Source: an uncultured Bdellovibrionales bacterium | Lineage (GTDB): Bacteria; Patescibacteriota; Minisyncoccia; Moranbacterales; UBA1568 | Length of the DNA stretch: 64,000 nucleotides | Direction of reading: 5' to 3' | NCBI GenBank assembly: GCA_964436855.1 | Contig: CAYTED010000005.1 | Coordinates: forward strand, 2,539-66,538 | Shown: positions 9,233 through 19,297 of the stretch, in pieces | Layout: each line of letters opens with the position of its first letter | Position numbering within the stretch: position 1 is the first letter of the stretch | The notes under the pieces: model-generated | What the model saw: the letters and a program-made list of their open reading frames with translations, nothing else | What the model was told of the DNA's origin: nothing | Database searches by the model: none | Made by a program: the position numbers and the translations under genes

Positions 9233-11287
9233 TCACAACATTTTCTTCACTTGCGAGCGTTTCGATGCGGCACGTTTTCCGATTTTCCGCTCGAGTTCAA
9301 ATATTTCATCGCGAATAACCGCCGCCGTTTCAAAATCGAGCGTCTGTACCGCTTCTTTCATCTCGCGTTCTTTCAGGCGAATAAGTTTTTCCGGATTTTT
9401 CCGAAACACTTCTTCATCAAGGAGAAGATTTGCTCGTACCGCTTTCGAATGATCGCTTTCGAGTCGCTCGGTAATATCGTGAATTTTTTTCTCGATCGTT
9501 TTCGGCGTAATACCATATTCTTTGTTGTATGCGATCTGCCGTTCGCGACGCCGCGTCGTTTCGTTCAACGCATATTGCATCGAATCGGTAACACTGTCGG
9601 CATAGAGAATGACTCGTCCCGCAGCATTGCGTGCCGCACGACCGATAATCTGAATGAGCGATGTTTCCGATCGCAAAAATCCTTCTTTGTCCGCGTCAAG
9701 AATACCGATAAACGATACCTCCGGAAGATCGAGTCCTTCGCGCAAGAGGTTCACCCCGACAAGACAATCAAATTCCCCTTTTCGAAACGCCGTCAGGATC
9801 TTGATCCGGTCGATCGTTTTTATTTCGCTGTGCAGATATTCCGCTTTTACATTTTTTTCTTTCAGATATCGACTCAAATCTTCCGCCATTTTTTTGGTCA
9901 ATGTTGTTGCGATAACCCGACCTCCTTTTGTAATTTCGGTTTCGGCTTCATTGATAAAGTGCCCGATCTGCCCTTCATACGCACCTTCCGAGCGCACCGG
10001 TTGAACCGATACCTCCGGATCGGTCAGTCCGGTCGGGCGAATCACTTGTTCGGCGATATTTTCGCTTATTTTTCGTTCATATTCCGCCGGTGTCGCCGAT
10101 GTAAAAAGAATCGGTCCGACGCGATCGAGAAATTCTTCGTATTTCAACGGTCGATTGTCGAGTGCAGACGGTAAACGAAACCCGTATTCAACAAGGTTTT
10201 CTTTCCGCGACCGATCCCCCGCGTACATACCTCGCAATTGCGGCAGCGTCACATGTGATTCATCGATAATGGTGAGAAAATCCGGTGTACCGTCCGCAAG
10301 GTGCGGAAAATACTCAAGGAGCGTATCCGGAGCTTCTCCCGGCGCTCGTCCCGAGAGGTGTCGCGAATAATTTTCGATACCGGAACAATACCCGATTTCC
10401 TCGATCATCGAAAGGTCGTAATTCGTCCGGCGTTTCAAACGTTCGTATTCGAGCGGCTTACCAAGACGTTCCAATTCCTTTAATCGCTCGTCAAGTTCGA
10501 GCCGAATCGAAACAAGCGCTCGATCTCGCGCATCCTTGTCGGTGATAAAATGCTTTGCCGGAAAAAGAAAAATATCTTTCGGTTCGTCGAGCACCACTTG
10601 CGACACCGGATCTATTGTTGCAATGTGTGCGATTGTTCCATTTTCAATTTCGATCGAATACGAAAACCGCTCCGAAATCGGCATCACTTCCACCCGATTT
10701 CCAAGCGCGCGAAATGTCCCCGGGCCAAGGTCGGCATTCGTCCGTTCAAAAAAAATCGCAACCAGCTTGCGAAGGAGCGTATCACGCGAATATTCCATCC
10801 CGCACGAGAGTCGGAGATTTTCCTCCTCATATTCCTTCGGCGACCCGAGACCGTAAATACACGACACCGACGCGACAATAATCGTATCGCGACGCGTGAG
10901 AAGCGCCTGCGTCGAGGCGTGCCGCAACCGATCGATTTCCTCATTGATCGAGGCATCTTTCTCGATATAGGTGTCCGTCGCGGCGACATAGGCTTCCGGC
11001 TGATAGTAATCGTAATAGGAAACAAAGTAATGCACGGCATGATCAGGAAAAAATTCCTGATATTCCTGCGCGAGTTGCGCCGCAAGCGTTTTGTTATGCG
11101 CGATCACGAGGGTCGGTTTCCCCACATTCGCGATCACATTCGCCATGGTAAATGTTTTCCCCGACCCCGTTACGCCAAGAAGAGTCTGAAACCGGTTCCC
11201 GCGCGACAAACCATCCGAGAGCGATTCGATCGCCTTCGGTTGATCCCCGGCCGGCTTCCAATTTGATTGTATGTGAAACGTTGACAT
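9233..11287 (-). CDS. uvrB: excinuclease ABC subunit B
   Basis: Helicase motifs GVTGSGKT and DESH, beta-hairpin region, and the C-terminal UVR domain AAVIRDEIFELERK. Confidence 0.95.
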   Translation of the reverse strand: MSTFHIQSNWKPAGDQPKAIESLSDGLSRGNRFQTLLGVTGSGKTFTMANVIANVGKPTLVIAHNKTLAAQLAQEYQEFFPDHAVHYFVSYYDYYQPEAYVAATDTYIEKDASINEEIDRLRHASTQALLTRRDTIIVASVSCIYGLGSPKEYEEENLRLSCGMEYSRDTLLRKLVAIFFERTNADLGPGTFRALGNRVEVMPISERFSYSIEIENGTIAHIATIDPVSQVVLDEPKDIFLFPAKHFITDKDARDRALVSIRLELDERLKELERLGKPLEYERLKRRTNYDLSMIEEIGYCSGIENYSRHLSGRAPGEAPDTLLEYFPHLADGTPDFLTIIDESHVTLPQLRGMYAGDRSRKENLVEYGFRLPSALDNRPLKYEEFLDRVGPILFTSATPAEYERKISENIAEQVIRPTGLTDPEVSVQPVRSEGAYEGQIGHFINEAETEITKGGRVIATTLTKKMAEDLSRYLKEKNVKAEYLHSEIKTIDRIKILTAFRKGEFDCLVGVNLLREGLDLPEVSFIGILDADKEGFLRSETSLIQIIGRAARNAAGRVILYADSVTDSMQYALNETTRRRERQIAYNKEYGITPKTIEKKIHDITERLESDHSKAVRANLLLDEEVFRKNPEKLIRLKEREMKEAVQTLDFETAAVIRDEIFELERKIGKRAASKRSQVKKML

Positions 11288-11368
11288 TCGGATTAGATAA
11301 TGATAAAATATTTTTTCGATCTTTAACAGATTTTATCATCGTAGCACAACAACTGGAGGAGGGTAATC

Positions 11369-12169
11369 GTGGGAAACACCTTTCTTGATTTTCTAGATAA
11401 GGAAGCGCCATGGATCGTGTGCGGGATCATTCTTCCGCTCATCCTGATCCCTCGTGAGATGCATGGGATTGCGCTTGGCGTCGCAGGCGCAACCTTTCTC
11501 GGAGTCCCGCAATTTCTTCTGTGGTTCACCCAGATGAAAATTTTCGTAACGGCGCGAAGGCCGGAGCTTCCGAAGGATAGCACGGCCTCCGAATCGACGG
11601 TTATCTTCATTGGCGATTCCATCATTGCCGGATACGGCGCTTCCGGTCCGCCGGCGACGCTCTTCGGTTACTGCGTGCAAGCAGAATATCCCGTTACCAT
11701 CCAAGCTGTTCCATTCAAGGGAACGGTCGCGTTTCTTGAGCCGGCCTTTAACATTCCAAGACTCCCGGAGGGAAAGCGGTATCGCGCGGTCATTCTCACG
11801 GTTGGCGGAAACGATGCCATCCCAATCGTGAGCGGATCAACCCGGGCGATCAAGACTGCATTCAGCAATCTCCTGAATCGCGCAACAGCGATCGGGAAAA
11901 AAACGATTGTCCTTGCGAACTTCGAAGGACTCGGGGAAATATATCCTGTGTGGTGGCTTCGAATCGTTTTCCGCTGGCGCGGACAGAAAGTTCGCGCGAT
12001 ATTCGAGCAGGTGTTGCGCACCAAGCAGTTATCAGAATGCAAGATCGAAGTCGAAGTAATCGATATCGCCCCGATCATCACCGGCTCGGGTCGCCAAGCC
12101 GCCGATGGCGTTCATCCGAACGACAGAACGTATGAGGATATCTGGCGGGCAATAAAAGACTTCCTCTAA
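11369..12169 (+). CDS. SGNH/GDSL-family hydrolase
   Basis: GDS(I) block VIFIGDSIIAGYG and a C-terminal DGVHPN block. GTG start preceded by GGAGGAGGG. Confidence 0.7.
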   Translation: MGNTFLDFLDKEAPWIVCGIILPLILIPREMHGIALGVAGATFLGVPQFLLWFTQMKIFVTARRPELPKDSTASESTVIFIGDSIIAGYGASGPPATLFGYCVQAEYPVTIQAVPFKGTVAFLEPAFNIPRLPEGKRYRAVILTVGGNDAIPIVSGSTRAIKTAFSNLLNRATAIGKKTIVLANFEGLGEIYPVWWLRIVFRWRGQKVRAIFEQVLRTKQLSECKIEVEVIDIAPIITGSGRQAADGVHPNDRTYEDIWRAIKDFL

Positions 12170-12229
12170 GAGGGTTAAGCCTGCCACCAATCCAGGCCGA
12201 GCACATACAATGCTCGGTCGTTTTTTTGA

Positions 12230-12925
12230 TCAATTTTTCCGATCAAACCATCGGCAAGCGCAATGCCATATATGTCGTCCTTTATGCCGATGTTCGTAGA
12301 GAAAAAAGAAAAACCAGACAATCGCAATACCGACCGCGATATCGATAAACTGTTTCACGAAGGCGATATCTTTCCATATATTTTCGATCGCCGCAAATCC
12401 GAAGTACCCGATCGCGATGTATCCGACATCTTTCAGAAAATACCCGCCGAATGTCGCGCCGAGAAAGACTCGCCAATTCATCTTGAAAATTCCGCAGACG
12501 ATCGAAACCGGCGTCGTCGGAAGAAACGGAAATACGCGAATGAGAAACAGCATACCGCCGTCTTTCCAATGATGCCCCGTAAAACGCTTGCCGACGTTTT
12601 CTATTTCTGTATGACGAACACCGATCCACTTTCCGACCGTTCCAATAAGAAGATCTTCCAATGTGTCGCCGATAAAATAATAGACATACGCTCCGATTGT
12701 TTTTCCAACACTCGCAAGCATCGCAAGAGTCCCAATATGCCCCCACGTATCTCCCGAGGCGAGCGCGAGGGCGCCGGTAATACCCGTTACAAGCATCGCC
12801 GGAATCGGACTTATGATTTCCTCTGCGAGCGACCCGAGAAACACAAACCATTCGGGCGATACACTTTGAGACAATGTGCGCAACCATATTTCCGACGTTT
12901 CCACAAAAAACATAATTCCTGCCAA
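12230..12925 (-). CDS. DedA/VTT-domain membrane protein
   Basis: VTT motif LIRVFPFLPTTPVSIVCGIFKMN and multiple TM helices. Confidence 0.65.
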   Translation of the reverse strand: MAGIMFFVETSEIWLRTLSQSVSPEWFVFLGSLAEEIISPIPAMLVTGITGALALASGDTWGHIGTLAMLASVGKTIGAYVYYFIGDTLEDLLIGTVGKWIGVRHTEIENVGKRFTGHHWKDGGMLFLIRVFPFLPTTPVSIVCGIFKMNWRVFLGATFGGYFLKDVGYIAIGYFGFAAIENIWKDIAFVKQFIDIAVGIAIVWFFFFLYEHRHKGRHIWHCACRWFDRKN

Positions 12926-12963
12926 AAATCGAATTGATTCCCTTATGATACAATGAATCCACT

Positions 12964-14817
12964 ATGATTTCCACGATGCTTTCGCGATGCCTTCGGCCAA
13001 CCTTTCTCCTCTCCGCCGTCCTTGCGGCGTATTTTTTGTTTGGACTCTCGCATCTCGAAAAATTCATCACCGCCGACGAACACTATTGGATCTACGAGCG
13101 CATTCCGGCGTATTTTGACGCAATCGGCGATGGCAAATGGAAAAAAACGCTCGTAAGCGACAAGCCCGGTGTTACCCTCGCGCTTATTTCCGGGCCAGCG
13201 CTTTTTTTCTTCGATCACCCCGAATCGCATTGCGCGGAAGGACAGGATAAAATCATCCGCTGCGATATCGCGCAGTCAGAATCTTTGTTATTCGCATTTC
13301 GATTTCCTCTTCTTCTTGCAAATCTCTTCTTCCTTCTCGTTTCATTTTTTCTTTTGCGAACCGCGTTCCAAAGCGATTGGGTCGCCCTTCTTGCCACTCT
13401 CTTCACCGCCACCTCACCGATTCTCGTCGGCATTTCACAAATTTCCAATCCCGACGCAATCCTTTGGTCGATCGGATTTGCCGCGATCGCCGGATACCTC
13501 GCGTGGCTTCGAACATATCGCTTTCGATTTCTTTTTTTTGCCGCACTCTTTTTTGGCTTCGCACTCCTTGCTAAATACGCCGCACTCATACTTCTTCCGT
13601 TCTTTCTCTTCTTTTCACTCGTGTTCTTTCTGTTCGAAAAAAATGACGATGCATCATTTCACAAAATATTCCGAGAACACCTCCTTTTCTTTCTTGCTCT
13701 TCCCATCATCGCATGCTGCGTGTTTGCATTCTTCCTTCCGGCGGTTCTCGTAAACCCCGATGGATTTTCAAAAACTTTGGCAGAAAATTTTCCGAAATTC
13801 AACCCGAAAACGCTCGGAATCGGGCTTCTGCTTTTTACCCTCCCCTTCCTTGACGCATTTCTTTTCCGGAGCCGAATATTCCTCGCGATCAAGCGCTTTT
13901 GGACAAAAAAACCATACACCGGCATTCGTCCCCTGCCGCTTGTTTTCTTGTTTGCCGCGCTCGTCGGCATGCGGTACGCTTTTCCGCAATGGGACATTTT
14001 CTCCGCCATTCCTTTTGATATGAAGGATCTCTCGAATGCGCGCTATTATGCCAAGAGTCCTCTCAATATCTGGGAAAAGATTTTCCTCGAAACGAATCCG
14101 TTTCTTTTCTCTCTCGCCCCGCTCACACTCTTTGGGATATTCGTCTCGTGGATCCTTGCAACCTTCCAAAAGAATTTTCGATTTCTCTTCGAAGTTACGG
14201 TGCTTTCGCTTTCCTTTTTTTATTTCCTCCTCGTGCTCATTATCGGCAACACGCTTGGCACGCCGCGATACCTTGTGCTTCTCTATCCTCTCGCCGCGCT
14301 TATTGCCGCGATCGGTTATGTCAATATTTTCTCTCTCTTGAAAGCTCGCGTATATTCTTTTCGATGTGTACGTGAGAAAGCTTTTTTCTTCCTCCTTATC
14401 GGATCTCTTATTCCGCTTTTTTCCACTACGCCGTTTTTCTTGAATTATTCAAACATTCTTCTTCCGCGACACGCACTCATAAGCGATGCGTGGGGCTATG
14501 GCGGATACGAAGCCGCGCAATATTTGAACGCTTTGCCGAATGCGAAAAACCTGACCGTCTGGTCGGATTACTACGGCGTGTGTGAATTTTTCATCGGTCA
14601 TTGCGTGACCGCGTACACCTTCGACCGCGAGACCATAAAACCGGATTATTATATCCTCACCCGTCGTGGAAAAATTCGCTATATGCCGCGTTTTGAACGA
14701 TGGGAACGAATCTCCGGCTTGCAAGCATATCGTTTCTACGACCGAACCGACCCCAATTGGTCGCTTTCTATCAATGGAAATCCAAACAATTCCATCCGCA
14801 TCTTCAAAACCCTCTAA
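12964..14817 (+). CDS. glycosyltransferase family 39 (ArnT/PMT-like) polytopic membrane protein
   Basis: More than 10 TM helices, a DE motif in the first extracytoplasmic loop (ITADEHYW), and a C-terminal soluble domain. Confidence 0.55.
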   Translation: MISTMLSRCLRPTFLLSAVLAAYFLFGLSHLEKFITADEHYWIYERIPAYFDAIGDGKWKKTLVSDKPGVTLALISGPALFFFDHPESHCAEGQDKIIRCDIAQSESLLFAFRFPLLLANLFFLLVSFFLLRTAFQSDWVALLATLFTATSPILVGISQISNPDAILWSIGFAAIAGYLAWLRTYRFRFLFFAALFFGFALLAKYAALILLPFFLFFSLVFFLFEKNDDASFHKIFREHLLFFLALPIIACCVFAFFLPAVLVNPDGFSKTLAENFPKFNPKTLGIGLLLFTLPFLDAFLFRSRIFLAIKRFWTKKPYTGIRPLPLVFLFAALVGMRYAFPQWDIFSAIPFDMKDLSNARYYAKSPLNIWEKIFLETNPFLFSLAPLTLFGIFVSWILATFQKNFRFLFEVTVLSLSFFYFLLVLIIGNTLGTPRYLVLLYPLAALIAAIGYVNIFSLLKARVYSFRCVREKAFFFLLIGSLIPLFSTTPFFLNYSNILLPRHALISDAWGYGGYEAAQYLNALPNAKNLTVWSDYYGVCEFFIGHCVTAYTFDRETIKPDYYILTRRGKIRYMPRFERWERISGLQAYRFYDRTDPNWSLSINGNPNNSIRIFKTL

Positions 14818-14821
14818 CATA

Positions 14822-14855
14822 CAAAGGACCGTCCTTAGCAAAGGACGGTCCTTTG
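14822..14855. repeat. REP-like palindromic hairpin (caaaggaccgtcctt-agca-aaggacggtcctttg)
   Basis: Perfect 15-bp stem. The same core caaaggaccgtcctttg recurs on the other side of the transposase gene. Confidence 0.6.
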
Positions 14856-14869
14856 TTAATCAGACTTTG

Positions 14870-15544
14870 TTAATCATGACAACTACCATACGAAAGCCAG
14901 TATTTGTGAAATTTTTCAAAACTCCCCTTGTCTTGAAAAAAATCTGGAAATTCTTTTTTATTCAAAATACTTGATTCAAGTCGCTCTATACCAAGATAAT
15001 CCATATAACTTGAGTATGGATATTGATGTAAATATTCCACAGCACCATCTATCGATTTCAGTCCAACTTTTTTCCAATTTGGCTCGATTATCTTTATAGG
15101 ATTCAAATGGATGTACGAATACAAATAATGAAAATAATTTTCTGTATGTACGTGTTCTGATTTAAACCTTCCTTCAAAAAGCACGCCAGATCGCTCATGT
15201 TTCTTATTTATATACATTGAAAATCCAGTAAGAAGCTTTTTCATAAATAAACTCGTTCCACCATCAACAATCTCGTGAACAAGGATATGAAAGTGATTTG
15301 GCATCAAACAATACGCGCCAATAGCAACCAATGGCTCTCCGCGATCCAAAGAAAATACATCCTTATATTCAATGTCTCCACTTTTTAATTTCCGCATATC
15401 AACCAACTCTGATCCATTGCATAAATAAAGCAGCACAAGAAATCGTCTATAATCTCGCTCATCCCAAAAAATCTTGCGTTTGTCGACGCCACGATTATAG
15501 AGATGATAGAACTCGTTTACTGCAAGCGGAATTCTTCTTTTCAT
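14870..15544 (-). CDS. REP-associated tyrosine transposase / IS200-like HUH-Y1 transposase (COG1943)
   Basis: YHLYNRG N-terminal motif, HUH motif LMPNHFHILVHE, GRFKSE block, and catalytic-Tyr motif YIHLNP. Confidence 0.8.
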   Translation of the reverse strand: MKRRIPLAVNEFYHLYNRGVDKRKIFWDERDYRRFLVLLYLCNGSELVDMRKLKSGDIEYKDVFSLDRGEPLVAIGAYCLMPNHFHILVHEIVDGGTSLFMKKLLTGFSMYINKKHERSGVLFEGRFKSEHVHTENYFHYLYSYIHLNPIKIIEPNWKKVGLKSIDGAVEYLHQYPYSSYMDYLGIERLESSILNKKEFPDFFQDKGSFEKFHKYWLSYGSCHD

Positions 15545-15559
15545 AATTATCTTCAGTAT

Positions 15560-15655
15560 ATTACAAAGGACCGTATATTACAAAGGACCGTCCTTTGCAA
15601 AGGACGGTCCTTTGTTGGTGGGGTCAGCCTACATTACAGCGGTCTTTCCGCTGTA
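15560..15655. repeat. REP-like repeat cluster: partial copy, a 17+17 bp perfect hairpin, and a subterminal 8-bp hairpin
   Basis: tattacaaaggaccgt occurs twice at 15560-15592. Hairpin caaaggaccgtcctttg / caaaggacggtcctttg at 15581-15614. Hairpin tacagcgg-tcttt-ccgctgta at 15635-15655. Confidence 0.55.
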
Positions 15656-15703
15656 TTGAAATCCAAACAATTCCATCCGTGTTTTTTCCACCGAAGGGCA
15701 AGA

Positions 15704-18700
15704 TTACCGCCCCTGATTATAGAGACTTCCGATCTCCGAAGAAGAAAGTGCTCGATTGTAAATACGAACTTCATCGATCGATCCGTCAAACGGATTTGAC
15801 CCATCGTCCGCTTCGGCACCGATACGCAGGTTGTATGTTCCGCTTGAATATATATTCCCGCTCGTCGATGAGGCAATACTACTCACATCCGTTCCGTTTA
15901 CATAAATCTTACAGTCGGAACCGTCATATGTGCCGACAAGAAAGTACCACTGCCCCGCCGTATACGTTGAGGTTGTGTCACATATTTCATTTGCTGTCGC
16001 CCCATCGGAAGAAACGGAAAAAGTAAATTTATTTGAAGAAGTATTGTCTACCGCAAGTAAGTACTGCCTCGAACCGCTTGCTCCCCATTTGGAAACAATT
16101 CTTTTATTCAGCGTCGTAACATCCGGCTTGACCCACGCCGATACGGTGATATTCGACGGCTCCACCGCATCTCCCATATCGATATAATCATCCGTTCCAT
16201 CAAAAGAAATTCCTTGCCCTATCCTGCCGATCGTCTTCACCGGACCACCTGTCAATGTTCCATTGTTCCCCCTTCCAGAACGATCGATCGTTACCGTACT
16301 GCTCGAAAAGCCTTTCCCATTAAACGGCCAGTAGCCCACAAGTCCGGTATCCACACCGCTCGGCGCCGTGGTACGGTAGAGACGTAACACTTCCTCAACA
16401 GAAAGAGGTCGATTATACAAACGAATATCGTCAAGTTTTCCATCAAACGGATTTCCCGCATCGGATTCGGCTCCAAAGTTAAGCGCCACCGCATTCGCAA
16501 GACTATTCACATTGCCAAATGTTCCCGTATTGGTTGTTGATTGTTCGATACCATTAATATACATCTTTGAAAGCGAGGAGGATGAGTCATTCCATATGAT
16601 TGTAAAATAATTCCACCCGGTAGATGTAAATGTGGAACTTGACTCCATCTGATACTCATCGGTTCCATCGGACACTTCGAAGGTAAGTTTATCGGTCGCA
16701 TCATCAACATAAACGATATAACCGGTATCGGTTGACGCGATTCCATTTCGTTTGGCGAGAATCGTATCATCGGTAGTAAAGGTATCCCGATTAAACCAAC
16801 CGGTTACAGTGAAATTCGCAGAATCCGCAATATCAAGAACCCCCGAAGCAGGATCGGAAACAGTGATATAATCATCCGTTCCATCAAAATCTACCGCGCC
16901 GTTGATCTGTCCTGTTGTCCATGAAGGACCGCCCGTGAGTGTTCCGGTGTTTGCATTTCCGGTTGCATCTGCGGCGCTCGTCCCGCTTCCGTCGTCGAGT
17001 TTCCAGTACCCGAGAAGACCCTCGGAAAGTGGCGTTGTCGACGAGGTATTTATTTTCGCCGGAGCTCCCTCGCGATACAACTGGTACATTTCCGATGCGG
17101 TAAGTCCCCGATTGAACACTCTGATTTCATCGACACTTCCGGTAAAGAACTGACTTGATCCATTGGTTGATCCGATGGTATCCGCCCCCGTAGGAGACCC
17201 CTGCGTGTATGTGGCATTGCCAAACGTAACCGATTGCGTTACAAGAAGCACTCCATCGAGATACAAATAAATCGTATCATTGGGAATATCGAGAACGCCG
17301 CTCACCAAGTGCCACTCATTGAGCGATGGCGCGGTTGCCGTTGCCTGCTGAAAAGAATCCCCCGATCCGCTCCGCCCCCCAACAGCGATTTTCCCGTTGT
17401 CATATAAACCAAGAAGTCCACCCGTCGATCCGGTCGCCACATCGTACGACAATACTCGAGCGTACGATGCCGCTGAAGGATGAGCGCTTGGTTTCATCCA
17501 TGCCGCAAGCGTAATCTGCGAGGCACCGCTCACATCCGGCCCGATTGCATTCGCCCCTAAACTCACATATTGATTCGATCCGTTCAGCGTCAGCGATTGA
17601 CCAACCGTTCCCACACTCTTCGTCGGGGTATTTGTAAGGGTGCCGTTATTCGCTGCTCCACTCCAATCTATTGTTCCTGTGGAAGTCGCGTAGCTTTCTC
17701 CGTCAAAAGACCAGTATCCTTTCAAGGCAGTATCGAGCGCGGTTGGTGCTGTCGTCTGATACAATCTTTCCGCCTCCTCATCCGATAATGCTCGATTGTA
17801 GAGCCTTGCCTCATCCACCTTTCCATTAAAATAATTTCCATAGGTGTCATATCCGATGCGCAATTCATCTGCATCGGTAATAATATTTCCTGAAATCGCC
17901 TGACTTCCAGTTCCGGAACGTCTCCCATTGATATATATCCGAACAAATCGCCCATCATATACACCCATAAGATGATACCACTGACCAGTCGAGAGCGTTT
18001 CCGAAGCATCCACACGCGTGCCGGTTGAGTACCATGTATTATTTGTTGTCGCCACGACAAAATGTACAGCACCAGTCGAATCAATATTCAAACGGTATTG
18101 TCCGACAGTATTTGATTTCGAGATTGGCATATAATTTGTCGCCGGCAAAGCATCCATATTGATCCATATTGAAAGCGACATCTGCGACATTCCCTCGTGA
18201 ATCGATTGATCCCCCATCGTGATATAGTCGTTCGTTCCATCGAGATCAACTCCTCCTCCGATTTGTCCCGTTGTCCATGTCGGACCATTTGTCAGTGTCC
18301 CATTCTTTGCATGTATACTTGAATCTGTTGCCGTCGTTCCACTTCCATCATCAAGTTTCCAATATCCCGCGAGACCATAGCTTAATGAATCGTTCTGCGG
18401 GGAATTATTGACAGTATTTGATCCAGCTTTCACATAGAGTTGTTGCACCTCGGTTGCCGAAAGCGCACGACTGTACACCCGAACATCGTCTATATACCCC
18501 TGAAAAGGGGTAAGGAGAGATCCTCCGTTCCGCCATGTCCCCACAAGCGGCTCATCTCCGGCATCAATATTTCCATTGGCAGCATCGCTGGTAGCCGCCA
18601 ATACACCATCAACATAAAGTTTGAGACGTTTCGATGAAAGCGTTTTGTCGAATGTCGTGCAAACGTGATACCACTTGCTATTCCATGTTCCTGTAGACTT

Positions 18701-19222
18701 TGCCAGAGAAACAGAATATGCCGTCGAGCTAATGCGAATATAACTGGAAAGCACAGTGCTATTTGTCGTCAGATATCCGGAGATGGTTACATAATCGCCG
18801 GTTGAATTTCCATGAGAAAATCCAGCTTTTGACGATTGCGTCGCGGTTGAGTAAAACCAGTGACACCAACTTCCCGCCGCCCCCACATCAAAAGTGGCGG
18901 CATCGGTGATAGCAACCCGGTCGTCACTTCCATCAAGACTGACCGCCTGGCCGACTTGCCCGCGAGTCAGTGTTGGTCCGTTCGTGAGCGTTCCGTTATG
19001 TCCGCCGCTTGACCGGTCATATGCCGTCGTACCGCTCACGTCGTCGCCATCAAATGTCCAATATCCTATCAAACCATTCGATGCATCTACGTTTGTTGAC
19101 TGTTGCAGTTTTACCGCCGCACGCGTCTTCGCCCATTCATACACCCCAAAACCGACCGACACGGTAATGGCGATAATAAAAACATATTGGAAGGCGCGGT
19201 GCCAAACGAGAGGGAGAGGCAT
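15704..19222 (-). CDS. giant cell-surface protein with about 6-7 tandem LamG/concanavalin-A-like domains
   Basis: N-terminal TM anchor. The block D(G)SG..A.D.S..GN.GTLTNGPT...GQ.G.A..FDG.DDY recurs throughout, with LY(N)RAL...E(V/I)..LY at the domain ends (Laminin_G_3-like). Confidence 0.75.
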   Translation of the reverse strand: MPLPLVWHRAFQYVFIIAITVSVGFGVYEWAKTRAAVKLQQSTNVDASNGLIGYWTFDGDDVSGTTAYDRSSGGHNGTLTNGPTLTRGQVGQAVSLDGSDDRVAITDAATFDVGAAGSWCHWFYSTATQSSKAGFSHGNSTGDYVTISGYLTTNSTVLSSYIRISSTAYSVSLAKSTGTWNSKWYHVCTTFDKTLSSKRLKLYVDGVLAATSDAANGNIDAGDEPLVGTWRNGGSLLTPFQGYIDDVRVYSRALSATEVQQLYVKAGSNTVNNSPQNDSLSYGLAGYWKLDDGSGTTATDSSIHAKNGTLTNGPTWTTGQIGGGVDLDGTNDYITMGDQSIHEGMSQMSLSIWINMDALPATNYMPISKSNTVGQYRLNIDSTGAVHFVVATTNNTWYSTGTRVDASETLSTGQWYHLMGVYDGRFVRIYINGRRSGTGSQAISGNIITDADELRIGYDTYGNYFNGKVDEARLYNRALSDEEAERLYQTTAPTALDTALKGYWSFDGESYATSTGTIDWSGAANNGTLTNTPTKSVGTVGQSLTLNGSNQYVSLGANAIGPDVSGASQITLAAWMKPSAHPSAASYARVLSYDVATGSTGGLLGLYDNGKIAVGGRSGSGDSFQQATATAPSLNEWHLVSGVLDIPNDTIYLYLDGVLLVTQSVTFGNATYTQGSPTGADTIGSTNGSSQFFTGSVDEIRVFNRGLTASEMYQLYREGAPAKINTSSTTPLSEGLLGYWKLDDGSGTSAADATGNANTGTLTGGPSWTTGQINGAVDFDGTDDYITVSDPASGVLDIADSANFTVTGWFNRDTFTTDDTILAKRNGIASTDTGYIVYVDDATDKLTFEVSDGTDEYQMESSSTFTSTGWNYFTIIWNDSSSSLSKMYINGIEQSTTNTGTFGNVNSLANAVALNFGAESDAGNPFDGKLDDIRLYNRPLSVEEVLRLYRTTAPSGVDTGLVGYWPFNGKGFSSSTVTIDRSGRGNNGTLTGGPVKTIGRIGQGISFDGTDDYIDMGDAVEPSNITVSAWVKPDVTTLNKRIVSKWGASGSRQYLLAVDNTSSNKFTFSVSSDGATANEICDTTSTYTAGQWYFLVGTYDGSDCKIYVNGTDVSSIASSTSGNIYSSGTYNLRIGAEADDGSNPFDGSIDEVRIYNRALSSSEIGSLYNQGR

Positions 19223-19259
19223 AATGTATACAGCTCAAAATTCAACTTTCAACATTCAT

Positions 19260-19270
19260 TGTAACACAGG
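19260..19270 (-). promoter_or_regulatory. extended -10 promoter element (TGTTACAAT) for the LamG gene
   Basis: On the minus strand TGtTACAAT lies about 40 nt upstream of the ATG at 19222. Confidence 0.3.
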
Positions 19271-19297
19271 CAACTATCTTGTTTTGCGTACAGTTTG

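Larger units (their letters stand above)
14777..15679. mobile_element. REPtron-like unit: RAYT/IS200-like transposase gene flanked by REP hairpins and bounded by a 22-bp perfect direct repeat
   Basis: GAAATCCAAACAATTCCATCCG occurs at 14777-14798 and again at 15658-15679. Between the two copies lie the REP hairpins and the HUH-Y1 transposase gene. Confidence 0.5.

Noticed and set aside
9251-11266. Plus-strand ORFs 9251-10174 (307 aa), 10550-11266 (238 aa) and others
   Set aside because: Antisense to uvrB, which has unambiguous helicase motifs. Shadow ORFs.
12263-13070. ORFs 12263-12937 (+) and 12282-13070 (-) overlapping the DedA gene
   Set aside because: They are Arg-rich low-complexity alternative frames of a gene with a clear VTT-domain signature.
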